A stretch of DNA of 64,000 nt, from contig JARDVH010000132.1 in the NCBI GenBank assembly GCA_030324005.1, positions 122,498,172-122,562,171 on the forward strand. Reading direction: 5' to 3'. A program made the position numbers and the translations under genes. Origin of the DNA: Negaprion brevirostris. Taxonomy: Eukaryota. A model generated the notes under the pieces. That model saw only the letters and a program-made list of their open reading frames with translations, did not search any database and was not told the origin of the DNA. Below are positions 1 through 13,010 of this stretch, piece by piece. Each line of letters starts with the position of its first letter. The first letter of the stretch is position 1.

Positions 1-60
1 GTCTATTTGACTATTCCACCTCTGGCCCCACAACCTAATCTATAAAATTGTGTTTTGCAG

Positions 61-167
61 AACATTGATCTTCATGCTTTGACTGGTTGGATTCCAGAGC
101 GAATTGCAATGCATTCGGACAATCAGAAGTTTGATTATGAGGGCACTTTCAGAATGCTATATCAAAG
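61..167 (+). CDS. CAPN7: Calpain-7 coding exon (protease core), [35 protein letters not shown](R)
   Basis: ttttgcag acceptor ends at 60, gtaatc donor at 168; peptide matches vertebrate CAPN7 as recalled. Confidence 0.96.
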
Positions 168-266
168 GTAATCTTAGACCAGTGTTGAAGCATCAGTAAA
201 AGTTTTCAGGGGGTTTTAGTCAGTGATTTGAGAAGTTTTTTTTGTGTGCATGTCCAAATCAAATAG

Positions 267-387
267 GTTTCATAAGGGAGATGTTCTAATTACCACAGCG
301 ACGGGCATTATGAGTGAGGAAGAGGGAGAACGATGGGGGCTCGTACCGACACACGCGTATGCAGTTCTCGATATCCGGGAATACAAG
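267..387 (+). CDS. CAPN7: Calpain-7 exon, [40 protein letters not shown] (catalytic His in THAY)
   Basis: AG at 265-266, GT at 388; phase 2 to 0; calpain HAY motif. Confidence 0.97.
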
Positions 388-1359
388 GTAACAAAATGTT
401 TCCATGTGTCGCAGACAATGAGACAGCCCATTTCCAGGTACAATCACATCGGCAATGGGAGCCCTAAAAGCAAATATGGGAATTGAGTACCAGTAGACTA
501 TAATATTCTCTTCATCCCTTCTAAATTAGCACCAGGAATGTATCCATGTAGGTAAGTGATATCTATACCATCAGAGTTCTAGCTATTACCTCACCTAAAT
601 TATTCCAAAGGAACACAGCAAATATGGTTCACCTTCTAAATTAAATATCCTAAGTTATCATTAATGAAAGGCTAAAACTACACTTAGTCACAACGCTGAT
701 TGTCGCTTACCCTAATATGCAAGAAAAACAGAATTCTTTTAAAAATCTCTTATTGCTTAATAATTGCATAGTTAATGAGAGATTTTTAAAGTTATACAGA
801 GGAAAAGGTGTTAGATTTGTAGCTTAGTGGTGTAGCGGTTTAATACCAATCAGATATGTAATGACTGGGTTGGTGTGAACCTTGGATAGTGGTGTAAAAG
901 GCGAAAGGGAGTGTTTCCACCGGATGGTATTGGGTATTAGTACTGAGGCAGCTTGGTCTATTGAAGCATCTAGGTTTTTGTTGTCCCATTGCCCATAACT
1001 AAATAGATGGTGGGTTGGTATCTGGTTTTCATTGTGCTTTCACCTAGTAATGGCATCTGATCTTAACACATCTATATCTATTAATTAATATCATGTAATT
1101 CTGAACATTTGCTGGTAACTTTTTTCATTATTGGTTCCTTTGATTGGATAATAATGGAAACAGCTGGTGTAAACTTGCCATATAGCATCACACTCTTTTC
1201 CTCTTCTCCCCCAGCCCTCCATGAAGGTGCTGCAGTACCACCCCTGGCAGGAGGGTGTAATTACAGCATGATGCATTTAGGTAGGCAAACTCCCACCCAG
1301 CTGTGCACATAGGAATTTCTTAAAGAAATATATTTAAAAAAACAACACATGCATTTATA

Positions 1360-1660
1360 GCCAATGAAGAATTTTTTTGAATGATAGTCACTATTGTAAA
1401 ATAGAAAATGTGACATCTGATTTGTGCACAGCAAGATTTCCCCCCCACCCCCCCCCCACACACACACAATCAGCAATATGATAATAAGTAAGTATTCTCT
1501 TGACTGATATTTGATTGAGGGATAATGTTGTCCATGGGAACATTTATGCCTCTGCTTGATATCTCAACCAAAAGACAGCACCACTACCAGTGCAGTTTTC
1601 CCCAGTGCTGCACTGGAGTGCTATCCCAGATGTTTGTGTTCAATTCTCTGGAATTTAAAC
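1360..1660 (-). mobile_element. Old Deu-domain SINE (SacSINE1/AmnSINE1-like)
   Basis: gcacagcaagat...gattgagggataa...cagtgctgcactggagtg matches the Deu-domain pattern found in many copies here. Confidence 0.6.
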
Positions 1661-1773
1661 TTAAAGATAGTTAGTCCTTTAAAATGGAAGCTGTATTGTG
1701 TTTTCTTGACCTGATCCAATTATCCTTTACCTTCCAATCCTATTTAGTCAGGAAAACTACTGTTCGTAGAACT

Positions 1774-2140
1774 GTAGAATTCCCCCAGTGCAGAAAGAGG
1801 CCGAGAGCCCAATGTGTCTGCACTGACTTTCCAAAAGAGCATCCCACCCAGGCCCTTCTGTAATCCTGTGCATTTACCATGGTTAACCCACCTAACCTGC
1901 ATATCTTTGGACAGAAAAAGGAAACTGGAGGAAACCCACACTGATGCAGGGAGAACTGTAAACTCCACACAGTCACCCAAGATGGTTAGGTGGATTGGCC
2001 TTGCTAAATTGGCCCTTAGTGTCAGGGGGATTAGCTAGGGTAAATGCATGGAGTTGTGGGGATAGGGCCTGGTGGGATTGTGGTTGGTGCAGACTTGATG
2101 GACCGAATGGCCTCCTTCTGCACTGTGGGATTCTATGATT
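1774..2140. mobile_element. Two HE1-like V-SINE pieces in inverted orientation (- 1774-1980, + 1981-2140)
   Basis: cacctaacctgca...ggaaacccac on the left; ggttaggtggattggcc...gaatggcctccttctgcactgt on the right. Confidence 0.8.
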
Positions 2141-2709
2141 TAGGGCAGGAGGGGCATTATCTGGAGATCTTTGCTCATACTCTCTTGTATGGACCCAATA
2201 TTATTATTGTTATACTGAAAGGCTTTGTCGGTATTTAAACATTTTTCCCACAAAAAAACGCTTTGATACACAGGAATTGACAGGACCACCTCGGTTGCTC
2301 TCCACTGTTTTCTTTTGATGAAAATCTGACACTCACCTTGAACTTGGAGTAAACCTTCCCTCCTCTGATGTTTGCAACAATAACTGGTATCAGTTTTATT
2401 TTCATCCATTCAAATTTTAGAAAAGGCTGATGTCCAGCCTTGGTGATTTTATCGTTTTGGAGATGGGAGTGCTTTGCAATCTTTGAATACTCTTCTTAAG
2501 CATTCTGCCTTGCAATGAGCTGGAATAGATTGAGGTCAAGCTTTTGAAAGGCAAAATTGAATTCAAATCATCGCCATGCTGTCACATTTGGATTTCTGCC
2601 TGAGATTGAAGATATGTTACTAAATTATTAAAACTTGTGGTCCCTTGCTACACTGTCAATATTTAAGTGGTCCAGAAAGCCATGGCCATATGTGTAAATG
2701 GGAAACAGA

Positions 2710-2915
2710 GACTGGAACTTTCTGGCTGTTCACATCGATGGGATCTTCCAGTCTTGCTAATGGGCAGCCCCGCTGTGGGTCTCACGGTGGCGGGACTGCA
2801 TTCAATGGGAGACCCCATTGACAACTGCAGGACCAGGAGATCCTGCTGCTGGCCAGTGGCAAGTCGTCTCGTACTGCCGTGAATCACACGCTGGGTTGTG
2901 CAGTAAATCCCACCC
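2710..2915. mobile_element. MITE-like non-autonomous DNA element
   Basis: GC-rich with central palindrome caatgggagaccccattg; ends aaatcccaccc; related copy at about 35805-35925. Confidence 0.5.
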
Positions 2916-3050
2916 TTAGGATCAACTGTGGCTCTCCTTAAGAGCTTGAGATGTTAATTTGTCAATTCATAATTTCTAATTGATTTAGAAACTTACAATT
3001 ATGTAAGGCCTAATATATAAATTTATATTCAGTAATATGGATATTGTTTT

Positions 3051-3275
3051 TGATTTGATTTATTATTGTCACATCTATTAACATACAGCGAAAAGTATTG
3101 TTTCTTGCATGCTAAACAAAGCATACCGTTCATAGAGAAGGTAACGAGAGACTGCAGAATGTAGAGTTACACTTATAGCTAAGGTGTAGAGAAGCATAGA
3201 ACAAAAGTAAACGATAGAATTAGAAGGTATGCTGGGCAGAGCTTGCAAGAAGTCGCCTAGCTCCGGCACCATCTT
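3051..3275 (-). mobile_element. Short bipartite retroposon: AAGATGG head plus Rex1/Babar-type 3' UTR and (AAATC)n tail
   Basis: Head shared with 35490-35580; tail shared with 43040-43185. Confidence 0.6.
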
Positions 3276-4513
3276 AACACATTAAAGATGAATTAAAAAG
3301 CAGTTGTCAGCAAAATGTCTTTGTACATTTATGAGATATTGTCAGACACAATTGCATCATTTCACATAAATTTAAAAACAATCTTCACAAGTTAAAAACA
3401 ACCAAACATCATTTAACTTCCCACATCAAAACTCACCCCTTCTCAAGTCTTAGTAGTTTCTGAAACTTGATTGTTTTTATCCTTTGGAATTGAAAATCTG
3501 CTAAAACAGCACAAATCATTAATAATGTTAATTTCAAAAGAGGTCCATCAGGGAATTAAGATGTAATTATGTTAAGCTATTAATATTTTTCTTCAAAAAG
3601 TGCTCTGTAGATCCAATTTTTCCAGTGGAACCAAATTGATTAAACAGGCAGAAATCAATTTAATTGTCCCAAATTCCAATTCAGATCATTAAACATTGTA
3701 AAAAGTTCAACATTGCAAATGTTTATAGAGTCATAGAGTCGTACAGAGCAGAAAAGGCCCTTCGGCCCATTGAGTCTGCACTAACACTAACTACCACTAA
3801 AAGTGCGCTAATCCCATTTTCCTGCACTTGTCTCATATCCTTGAATGTTATGATATTTCACGTGCTCATCCAAATACTTTTTAAAGATTATAAGATTTCC
3901 AGCCTCTACTCCCNNNNNNNNNNNNNNNNNNNNNNNNNNNNNNNNNNNNNNNNNNNNNNNNNNNNNNNNNNNNNNNNNNNNNNNNNNNNNNNNNNNNNNN
4001 NNNNNNNNNNNNNCTTGATGGACCGAATGGCCTCCTTCTGCACTGTGGGATTCTATGTTTCTATGACTGGAATCGAACCACAGTCCCTGACACTGTGAAG
4101 CAGCAGCGTTAACCACTGTGCCATTGTGTCGATTTTGGATTTCTGATGTGCAGCATCAAAACGAAACCTTTAAGCTCTAAGCAAAGCCAAGATGCAAAGA
4201 ACCAAATGTTGTAGATTTACTTGATTCATCCTTGTACCATGTAGAAAGATGCTAAATACATTTAAATATAATTTAACTTCCCTAAATTATTGATCTGGTC
4301 TGAAGCTAAGACCAGTAACCAAAGTATAAGCTTGAAAAGAATTTTTAAAAACACAAGTTTGCTTTAACACTTGTGTTTCACTCGTAGCCATCATTGGATT
4401 GTTCTGCATATCCTTTTAGGGAGGTTAATTATTTTAAACAATTCTCGGAATTTGTTTGTATTCCTTCTTAAGTTATTGGGTTTGATTTTTTTTTTTGTTT
4501 TGCCATCCTTTAG

Positions 4514-4658
4514 GGTCTTAAATTTCTTCAGCTTAAAAATCCCTGGAGCCATTTGCGATGGAAAGGACGGTACAGTGACAAGGATGAGAAAAGCTGGGTA
4601 CCAGCTCTCCAAAAATATTTGAACTTTGATCCCAAGACAGCACAGAAAATAGACAATG
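4514..4658 (+). CDS. CAPN7: Calpain-7 exon, GLKFLQLKNPWSHLRWKGRYSDKDEKSWVPALQKYLNFDPKTAQKIDN(G) (catalytic Asn in KNPW)
   Basis: ctttag acceptor, gtaagc donor at 4659; 145 nt, phase 0 to 1. Confidence 0.97.
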
Positions 4659-5126
4659 GTAAGCTCTCATGGTTTAGGATAGGGGCCCTTTTCATGCAAG
4701 TATTAGTTCCAGAAACAAGGGTAAAACCAATAGTTTTATCGTGTCACTTTTTTGGGCCCCCACATCCACATTTATCTTAACGAGTGCAGGGTTCCCCTTG
4801 TAGCACCGAGACGTTGAAGGTTCCCTGATGGAGTGTGTAGAGGAAAATCATGCAAAGATTGCCTGCCCGTTAACCTAGTGGGCAGAAATTTAGAATTGGC
4901 TTTTTTTAGGTGCCTGATTTTTCCTGCCTTATTTTTCCTCCCGCTGCTCCTGCCATACCTTCCTCTATACCCTAGTACCTTAACAGATAATCAACCCTGG
5001 TAACTTTATTAAGTCCAAGGACTTGAAGCTTTGCAAGTTGCCAACAGTGCAGTAAAAAAGTCATGTTATTTAATGTGTCAAATTGAAAGTTGCTTAGCTA
5101 ATTTTGTGAATTCTTGCCCATTACAG

Positions 5127-5226
5127 GAATTTTCTGGATTAACTGGGAGGATCTTTGCCGGCATTATGATGTAATTTATTTGAGTTGGAATCCTGCACTG
5201 TTCAAAGAGTCAACGTATATCCACAG
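5127..5226 (+). CDS. CAPN7: Calpain-7 exon, IFWINWEDLCRHYDVIYLSWNPALFKESTYIH
   Basis: ttacag acceptor, gttggt donor; calpain GIFWI motif; phase 1 to 2. Confidence 0.96.
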
Positions 5227-5279
5227 GTTGGTTAACATGATGCTGTGCAATACTTAATTTCTTCCATTTCAGTGGGCAG

Positions 5280-5560
5280 TTTGTGATGTTCGTAGACTGA
5301 GTCCCATACTGTCAGAGGATGCAGTGTTAAACTAAGGCTTCACCTGCCAATTCAGGTGGGTATCAAAAATCTTATGGTTTTTCTTTACAGCAGAGTTAAG
5401 AGTTCTCTTGGTAGCCTGGCCAACATTCAACCCAACTCCATCAAATCTGACTAATTCCACTTGCTTACTGATTGTGGGATGTTGTTATATACAAGTTGTG
5501 GTGGTTTTGCCCAGACAAAAGTGGATATGCTTAAAATGTAATTTGCTAAAATGCAAATTA
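5280..5560 (+). mobile_element. Old Deu-domain SINE
   Basis: gttaaactaaggc...caggtggg...aaaa...gagttctcttggtagcctggccaacatt. Confidence 0.55.
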
Positions 5561-6911
5561 CCTTGGCAAGGCTGGCATTTGTTGCTTGCCTCTAGTTGCT
5601 CTGAGAAGATGGTGGGCTTTCTTGAAACATTATAGTCCATACAATGAATCTGTATAATGATTTGATAGAATTAAGTGGCTTGCTTCAGAAGCAGTTAAGA
5701 GTCAGCCATGTCGCTATATGATTGTAACCATATGTAGGCCAAACCGTGGAGGGGTAGCAGATTGCTTTCCTCAAATGACATTGGTGAACATTTGGAGTCT
5801 GTAAACTACAATGTGACAGCTTCATAGCCCTGTTCTTTTTTATTTGAGATGTAATAACCACTATATAAATTCCTTAACTTACTGAAATCAGATCATCTTC
5901 AGTAATTTATCAGTCACTATTCTATTTACATTGTGACTGCACTATCCCCACAAAGTAATTTCCCCTTAATAATCTATTTGTTTTGCAAGGATTCTCTATT
6001 TAAATAATATTCTTCCCTTTCTTGGTTTCACAGTGAAGTATATTTGCTGAGATATTCTTCAGTTTTTGAATTGAATTATTCCAGCCTATAAATTTGTTTC
6101 AAGTTTTATATTTAATATGACATTTAAAAGCACACCTCTGACAATCTGACAAATGAGAAAATTGCTTTTGACCCTTCAGAATAGATTTTCCTATTTGAGT
6201 GATATTGGTTAATATTGTCGTGACCCTGAAATCTTGCTGATTTGATTAGAGCTGTTTTATGCTGTGCTGGGCCAGTCAGAGCCAAAGAAGTTTTTTTTAA
6301 ATTTTGTTTAAAATCCTATTTCTAAAAAATATTTTGACCATTGTTTCCCACTTCTGTAGCTGAGACCAATGACCTCTCACAACTGGCCTGAATCCCCTCC
6401 ACCTCCCCACCCCTCCCCCCTCCCCCACCAGCCCAACCCCCTCCCCCACCAACCCACATCTCTCTTGCCTTTCGAGTATGCCATTGTGGTTCCAGGTTCC
6501 CTTAGCCAGCATGCTGTTCTGCATCTTCCCCTTCCCCTGCCCCATTTTTCTTTGCTCACCCAACTAACCAGCCATGCTCTGCATGCTGATGGACAAAGTC
6601 ACACGAGATCAATGTTGCTTGTTAGGTCTATTTGTGGTTGGTACTATTTATCACTGGCATGTCAGATCTAAAACTGCTGCCTAATTCTTTCATATTCTTT
6701 GACCTTGAATCAAAAATAATCTTGCATAGCTGAAATAGTGTGAGAAATATTGATTGGAATAACACTGGGGGGAGGGTGAGGTGGTGGTGGTGGTTCGGTG
6801 CAGCATTGCATTAAAATTTGCTTATTTTCTGCCAAAATGAGTTTGTCACCTTCACAGTCTGGTAAACTTCCTCATTCATTTGTGGGATATGGCCAATCAC
6901 TGGCAAGGACA

Positions 6912-7150
6912 AGGGTGGCACAGTGGTTAGCACTGCTGCCTCACAGCACCAGGGACCCAGGTTTAATCCCCAGCTTGGGTGACTGTCTGTGTGGAGTTTG
7001 CATGTTCTGTCCGTGTCTGCGTGGGTTTCCTCCGGATGTTACATTTCCTCCCACAGCCCAACAATGTGTAGGTTAGGTTGATTGGCCATGCTAAATTGCC
7101 CCTTAGTGTCAGGGGGACTAGCTGGGGTAAAGGCATGGCATTATAGGGAT
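6912..7150 (+). mobile_element. HE1-like tRNA-derived V-SINE
   Basis: A box ggcacagtggttagc, B-box-like ggtttaatccc, V domain gtgggtttcctccgg. Confidence 0.85.
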
Positions 7151-7244
7151 AGTGGGTGGGATTTTCTGACCACACTTTCCCCAAGACTGTAAAATCCTGC
7201 TTGAGATCAATGGACCCTTGCATGGTCCTGTCCATATATCTGTC

Positions 7245-7900
7245 CAGAGATAGATAGGCCCTTGATCAGTAAGGGGATCAGGGGCTTTGGGGAGAAAGCA
7301 GGAGAATGGAGAATAGAATCATATCAGCCGTGATTGAATGGCAGAGTAGACTCGATAGGCCGAATGGCCTAATTCTGCACCTACATCTTCTGGCGCTGCC
7401 CAATACAATGGGTGGGATGTGAAAATTCCACCCAAGGTTTTTAACGTTGCAAAGACTTTAAGGATTGGACAAGTTTAATAAACCAGCAAATAGCCATCAA
7501 GAATCTGATGATAATGAGGAAAGTAAAGTAAATTCACCAAAATGTAACAATAAATTTCATAAATATACAAAATACATAAAAAAGGAGGAGAGTAGCTAAA
7601 GTAAACCTTGGTCCTTTAAAGGTAAAGAGAGGAGAGATTATCATGGGGAATGAGGAAATGGCAAAAACTGTTAAACAGACATGTTCTGTCTGTCTTCAGA
7701 GTCTCAGAAATGCAGGTTGCCTAGGGGTGATGAGGACGAAGAAATTAATTAATTTCAGCAAAATATTAGAAAGACTTAAGTAACTAAAAGCTGACAAAGA
7801 TCCAAGACCAGATGCCTACTTCCTCAGCTACTAAAAGATTGGCTGCAGGGATAATGACGCCACTGACCCTGACTGTATGATATTTCCTAAACTCAGCAAT
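7245..7900 (+). mobile_element. CR1-type LINE fragments (3' tail at 7245-7390; ORF2 piece at about 7500-7900)
   Basis: Tail gattgaatggcagagtagactcgataggccgaatggcct; second piece homologous to 33940-34350. Confidence 0.65.
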
Positions 7901-8243
7901 GATCCCAACACAGTAAATGGGATGCTGTTTTCCCCCAGGACATTGGGGATATCCCCCTTATTCTTCTTCAAATCCCCTCCAAGTCTCCCCTGACCGTCTA
8001 CACAAACGTTCAAAGGGCAATTCGACTTGGAGGGTACTGATTTGCGGTGTTACGGGGTGATTATTAGAGAACACAGAACATTACAGCGCAGTACAGGCCC
8101 TTCGGCCCCCGATGTTGCGCCGACCAGTGGAACCAATCTAATGNNNNNNNNNNNNNNNNNNNNNNNNNNNNNNNNNNNNNNNNNNNNNNNNNNNNNNNNN
8201 NNNNNNNNNNNNNNNNNNNNNNNNNNNNNNNNNNNNNNNNNNN

Positions 8244-8303
8244 CAGTGTCCACAAGGTGGTGCCGTAGTCTGGGTTTTACTGACGAGACACATTACTGAC
8301 AAG
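8244..8303 (+). CDS. CAPN7: Calpain-7 exon, 3' part only, QCPQGGAVVWVLLTRHITDK; 5' part lost in the N gap
   Basis: Frame starts at the gap edge and ends at aag|gtaagc; matches recalled CAPN7 QCPQGGAAVWVLLSRHITDK. Confidence 0.92.
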
Positions 8304-9061
8304 GTAAGCAGACAGCAGAGGATGTCAAGGTAATTGCTTGGCTTGTCTGGCTTAGTTACAGTCCTAATGTCTTTTACACCTTAATTCAAATGCTGATTTG
8401 AATCTCTGGAATCCAGTCTTGGGCAGTGACTCTGGCTGTAAGAGCAGTATGTGTTCTGTACGTATTGTCTCTCTGTCTTGATCTTTCTGTTTACTGTCAC
8501 ATTAGAATGCTATTTGCACACCTTTATGTAGAATCATAGGTGACAATCCAGAAAGAAGCCATTCAGCCCATTATATCGGTGCTGGTGTGCATCTAGCCTG
8601 GTGGAAAGTTGAGCATTTTCCTGTTCCTTAGTGTTTACATGGAGCTCCTTTGATTTTTTCTCTGTGCTTACTGAATCATTTTAGTCCTTTGCTCATTTAA
8701 TGCTTCAGTTACCACTGGTTCTTGCAATGTAGAATCTAATTATTTTGTGGGGTTTCTGAGCTGGCAGACTATTTTCTCACCTACTTAATTTACCTTGTCC
8801 TTGATTCCAATGAAAGAACAATTTAGAAATCATAGAACCCTACCATGCAGACGGAGGCCGTTTGGCCCATCAAGTCTGCACTGACCACAATCCCACCCAC
8901 TCCCTATCCTCTCAACCCCATGCATTTACCCTAGCTAGTCCCATGACACTAAGGGGCAGTTTACCGTGGCTAACCTAACAAACCAGCATATGTTTGGACT
9001 AATGTTTTGGATTAATTTGTGGATCGATTGTTTAAACGTTGCAAGAACGCAGATGGAACTT

Positions 9062-10235
9062 CTTTCATTCATCGGATGTGAGCATCACTGGCAAGGCCAG
9101 CATTTATTGCTCTCGAGAAGGTGATGAGCACTTTCTTGAACTGTTGCACGATCAAATTCCTCTGTGCTAGGCATGATACCAACCTGTAAAGGGTTTTTCT
9201 CCTGGTTCTCCTTGACTTTTACTCTGGCACCTTGGTGCCACCCTGAGTTAAAGTCTGTCTTGATGCCAGGCACAATCACTTGCTTCTTACCATTGAATTT
9301 CAGCTTTACCAATGTTTGGACTAATGCTGCTTTGAGGTCTGAAGCTGGTTCTGGTGGAATCCAGACTGAGTACTGGTGAGCAGCTTATTGCTGACCTTAT
9401 AACACTATTGAACAAACTTTCCATCATTTGCTGCAGATTGATATCAGCCTATGGGGTGATAATTAGCTGGATTGGATTTCTTCAACCTTTTTTGAGGACT
9501 CAGCAGTTTTCCACTTTGAGTAGATGATAATACTTTATTAAAGCAGCTTGGCTAGGGGCATGGCTAATTCTGGAGCACAGGATCTCACCACTACAGCTGG
9601 GAAGTACGGATTGTTGGGACTCGGTGTAATACATGCAACATAACTTTTATATCTGGTAGAGTGAATCGAATTGGCTGAAAAGTGGCTCCAGTGGTGATGG
9701 GGACCACAGAAGGAGGTTGAGATGGATCACTCATTCTGCTTTTGGTTGAAAATGGTTACAAATGTTCCAGCTTTGTCTTTTAAACCAATGTCCTGAGTTT
9801 CCCCATCATTAAGAATAAGTGATGTTTGTGGAGCTGTACCTCTCCTGTTGTTTATTTAACTTTCCACCACCATTTATGACTAGATGTGGCAGAAATGCAG
9901 AGCTTCAATCTAATCGGTTGATTGTGGAATCATTTAGTTCCATGTAGTATGCTTCTTTCACTAGTTATCTCACTGTCAGTCGTGTATTGTATCTTCACCA
10001 AATTTGTGTGTGCCTGGTGCTGCCCTGGTTTTCAATGCTGCTCTTTGATTTAGGGTTGATCCCCTGGTTTGATAGTAATGGCAGAGTGAGGAATATCCTG
10101 TGCCACAACATCACATTGTGATGGAATACAAATCTGATGCCCACAGTTTTGATGGCCCACAATGTCTCATGTTTGCCTAGCTTTGAGCTGTTAAGATCTG
10201 TTCTGGATAAAGGCAATTAGGAGTGGTACACAGCA
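9062..10235 (-). mobile_element. Decayed LINE, probably L2 clade
   Basis: 3' terminus cattcatcggatgtgagcatcactggcaaggccagcatttattgc recurs at about 38485, 52070 and 61398; clade assignment from recall. Confidence 0.5.
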
Positions 10236-10984
10236 CATTGTCATAATGACAAAGAAGGAGGCCAAACAGCCCACTGAATCCATGCTGGCCATCTGCTGCA
10301 TAGTTCAGTTAATACTGTCACCTCACACCATCCCCTGAACTTAAACCCTGCATGTTTGTTCCTCAAACGCTCATCCCTTGAAACCATTCATTGTCTCTGT
10401 TTCCAATGTCGTTTCTGGCAGCAAGTTCCAGGTTCATTACCACTCTGCTAGGACCTCTTCCTCCCATCCTGTGCTCCAAACCTGCGTCCTCAAGTCCTTG
10501 TATCATCAGCTAATGGGAACAGCTTTTCTTTGACCACCTTATCTAACCTGTCAATCTTCTGCACCTTTTTCGAGTCTCCCCTCAGTCTCCTTTGTTCCAA
10601 AAAGAAAAACCAAACCTTGTAACTAAAATTCCTCGTCCCTGGAACCACTCTGGTAATTCTTCGTGGCACATTTCTCAAGGACATTTGCATTCTTCCCAAA
10701 ATGTTTTCAGAGAGAAGATTGGCGAGAGGAGATATGTATGTTGAATTCTGTAGCACGCAAAACATTTTGTCACAATTGGCCATAATGCAAAGGGACCTTT
10801 ATTCTGTATTCAGCCTGGATTACCAACCCATAAGTAATATGCAATTGTCTTCTCAGCTTATTACCAAGAGTAATTTGAAAATTTCCCAAGTTGTGGACTG
10901 GTGCAGCAAAGCTGTTTTACTGACATGGATTTAAATGCTGAATAGAAAAGGCAAGGAAAGATACTTTATTTGAGAAGAAAGCAT

Positions 10985-11686
10985 TCAAGATAGGATCAGT
11001 AAGTTTGCCAGTGACACAAAGATTAGCTGGGTGGTTAAGTGAGGTTGAGTGTCTTGGGTTACAGGAAGATATAGATGAGATGGTAAAATGGGCGGATGAG
11101 CGGCAGATGGATTTAACCCTGAAAAGTGTGAGGTGAGGTACTTTGGAAGGAGAATTTATCAAGTAAGTACACTATGAAGGGTCTAACACTGAAGTTATGA
11201 AGAAAGAAGGAACCTTGGCATGTTTGTCCCAAGTTCTCTGAAGGTGGAAAGGCAGGTTAATGGGGTTGTGAATAAGGCATATAACACACTAGCCTTTGTC
11301 AATTGGGGTATAGATTACAAAAGCAGAGAGGTCATGATGGAGTCATGATGAACTTTGGTGAGGCCACAGCTGGCATACTGTGTGCTGTTCTGGTCGGCAC
11401 ATTATAGGAAGGATGTGAATGCGCTTGAGGGGGTGCAGAGGAGATTCACCAGGATGTTGCCTGGGATGGAACATTTAAGTTATAAAGAGAGGTTAGATAG
11501 GCTTGGGTTGTTTTCTCTAGAGCGAGAACACTGAGGGATGACTTAATTGAGGTGTTCAAGATTGAAGGGCGTGGACAGGATGGATAGGGAGCAGCTGTTC
11601 CCCTTAGTTGAAGGGTCAGTTACGAGGGGGCACAAGTTAAAAGTAAGGGGAGGGAAGTTAGGAGGGATTTAAGGAAAAACCTTTTT
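10985..11686 (+). mobile_element. CR1 LINE ORF2 3' fragment running into the gap
   Basis: Encodes TLVRPQLAYCVLFWSAHYRKDV...VQRRFTRMLPGM, the CR1 RT C-terminal signature. Confidence 0.85.
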
Positions 11687-13010
11687 NNNNNNNNNNNNNN
11701 NNNNNNNNNNNNNNNNNNNNNNNNNNNNNNNNNNNNNNNNNNNNNNNNNNNNNNNNNNNNNNNNNNNNNNNNNNNNNNNNNNNNNNNNNNNNNNNNNNNN
11801 NNNNNNNNNNNNNNNNNNNNNNNNNNNNNNNNNNNNNNNNNNNNNNNNNNNNNNNNNNNNNNNNNNNNNNNNNNNNNNNNNNNNNNNNNNNNNNNNNNNN
11901 NNNNNNNNNNNNNNNNNNNNNNNNNNNNNNNNNNNNNNNNNNNNNNNNNNNNNNNNNNNNNNNNNNNNNNNNNNNNNNNNNNNNNNNNNNNNNNNNNNNN
12001 NNNNNNNNNNNNNNNNNNNNNNNNNNNNNNNNNNNNNNNNNNNNNNNNNNNNNNNNNNNNNNNNNNNNNNNNNNNNNNNNNNNNNNNNNNNNNNNNNNNN
12101 NNNNNNNNNNNNNNNNNNNNNNNNNNNNNNNNNNNNNNNNNNNNNNNNNNNNNNNNNNNNNNNNNNNNNNNNNNNNNNNNNNNNNNNNNNNNNNNNNNNN
12201 NNNNNNNNNNNNNNNNNNNNNNNNNNNNNNNNNNNNNNNNNNNNNNNNNNNNNNNNNNNNNNNNNNNNNNNNNNNNNNNNNNNNNNNNNNNNNNNNNNNN
12301 NNNNNNNNNNNNNNNNNNNNNNNNNNNNNNNNNNNNNNNNNNNNNNNNNNNNNNNNNNNNNNNNNNNNNNNNNNNNNNNNNNNNNNNNNNNNNNNNNNNN
12401 NNNNNNNNNNNNNNNNNNNNNNNNNNNNNNNNNGGAATTATAGACTGGATAACTGTCTTTCAGCTAGCACAGTTAAACTGGGTTGAATGGCCTCTTTCTC
12501 TGCTGTAAACATTTTGACGTTTGTATGAAATTGTCTTGATCCTGTCTTCACACAAATTTAGGAAGAATGTCGATACATTGGTGAGAATACAGAAAAGATC
12601 TTCAAAGATAATATCAGGCATGAGAGTGCTTATGAGGACAGGCTAGAAAAAATGGGGCTCTTTTCAACATAACGAAGGAGGCTGCAGAGCAATTCTGGGG
12701 GTGGGGGGGATTTTGTTTCCAATTGTCAGTAACTGGAAGAAATAGGTTTAAGATCATCAGAAAAATGAAGGGAGCAGTTTTTAATCCAATTGGTTATTGG
12801 GACTAGAAAGTTGGTGGAAGCACAATTGAACATATAGTTGAATTTCTTTAAAGGCTATGGCAAAGGGTAGGGAAATGCAACGGAGATAACAGCTGAGATC
12901 TGGCATGGATGTATGGCTGAATGCTTTCCCCTATATTGTCAGGTTTACAAGAGTTCCATGACACTTGTTTGCACACTAACCTAACTGCTAAGTTTATGTT
13001 CTTATTACAG

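Noticed and set aside
6297-6671. Pro-rich and Gly-rich ORFs over a C-rich tract (possible G-quadruplex on the minus strand)
   Set aside because: Low-complexity intronic sequence; no splice or homology support.
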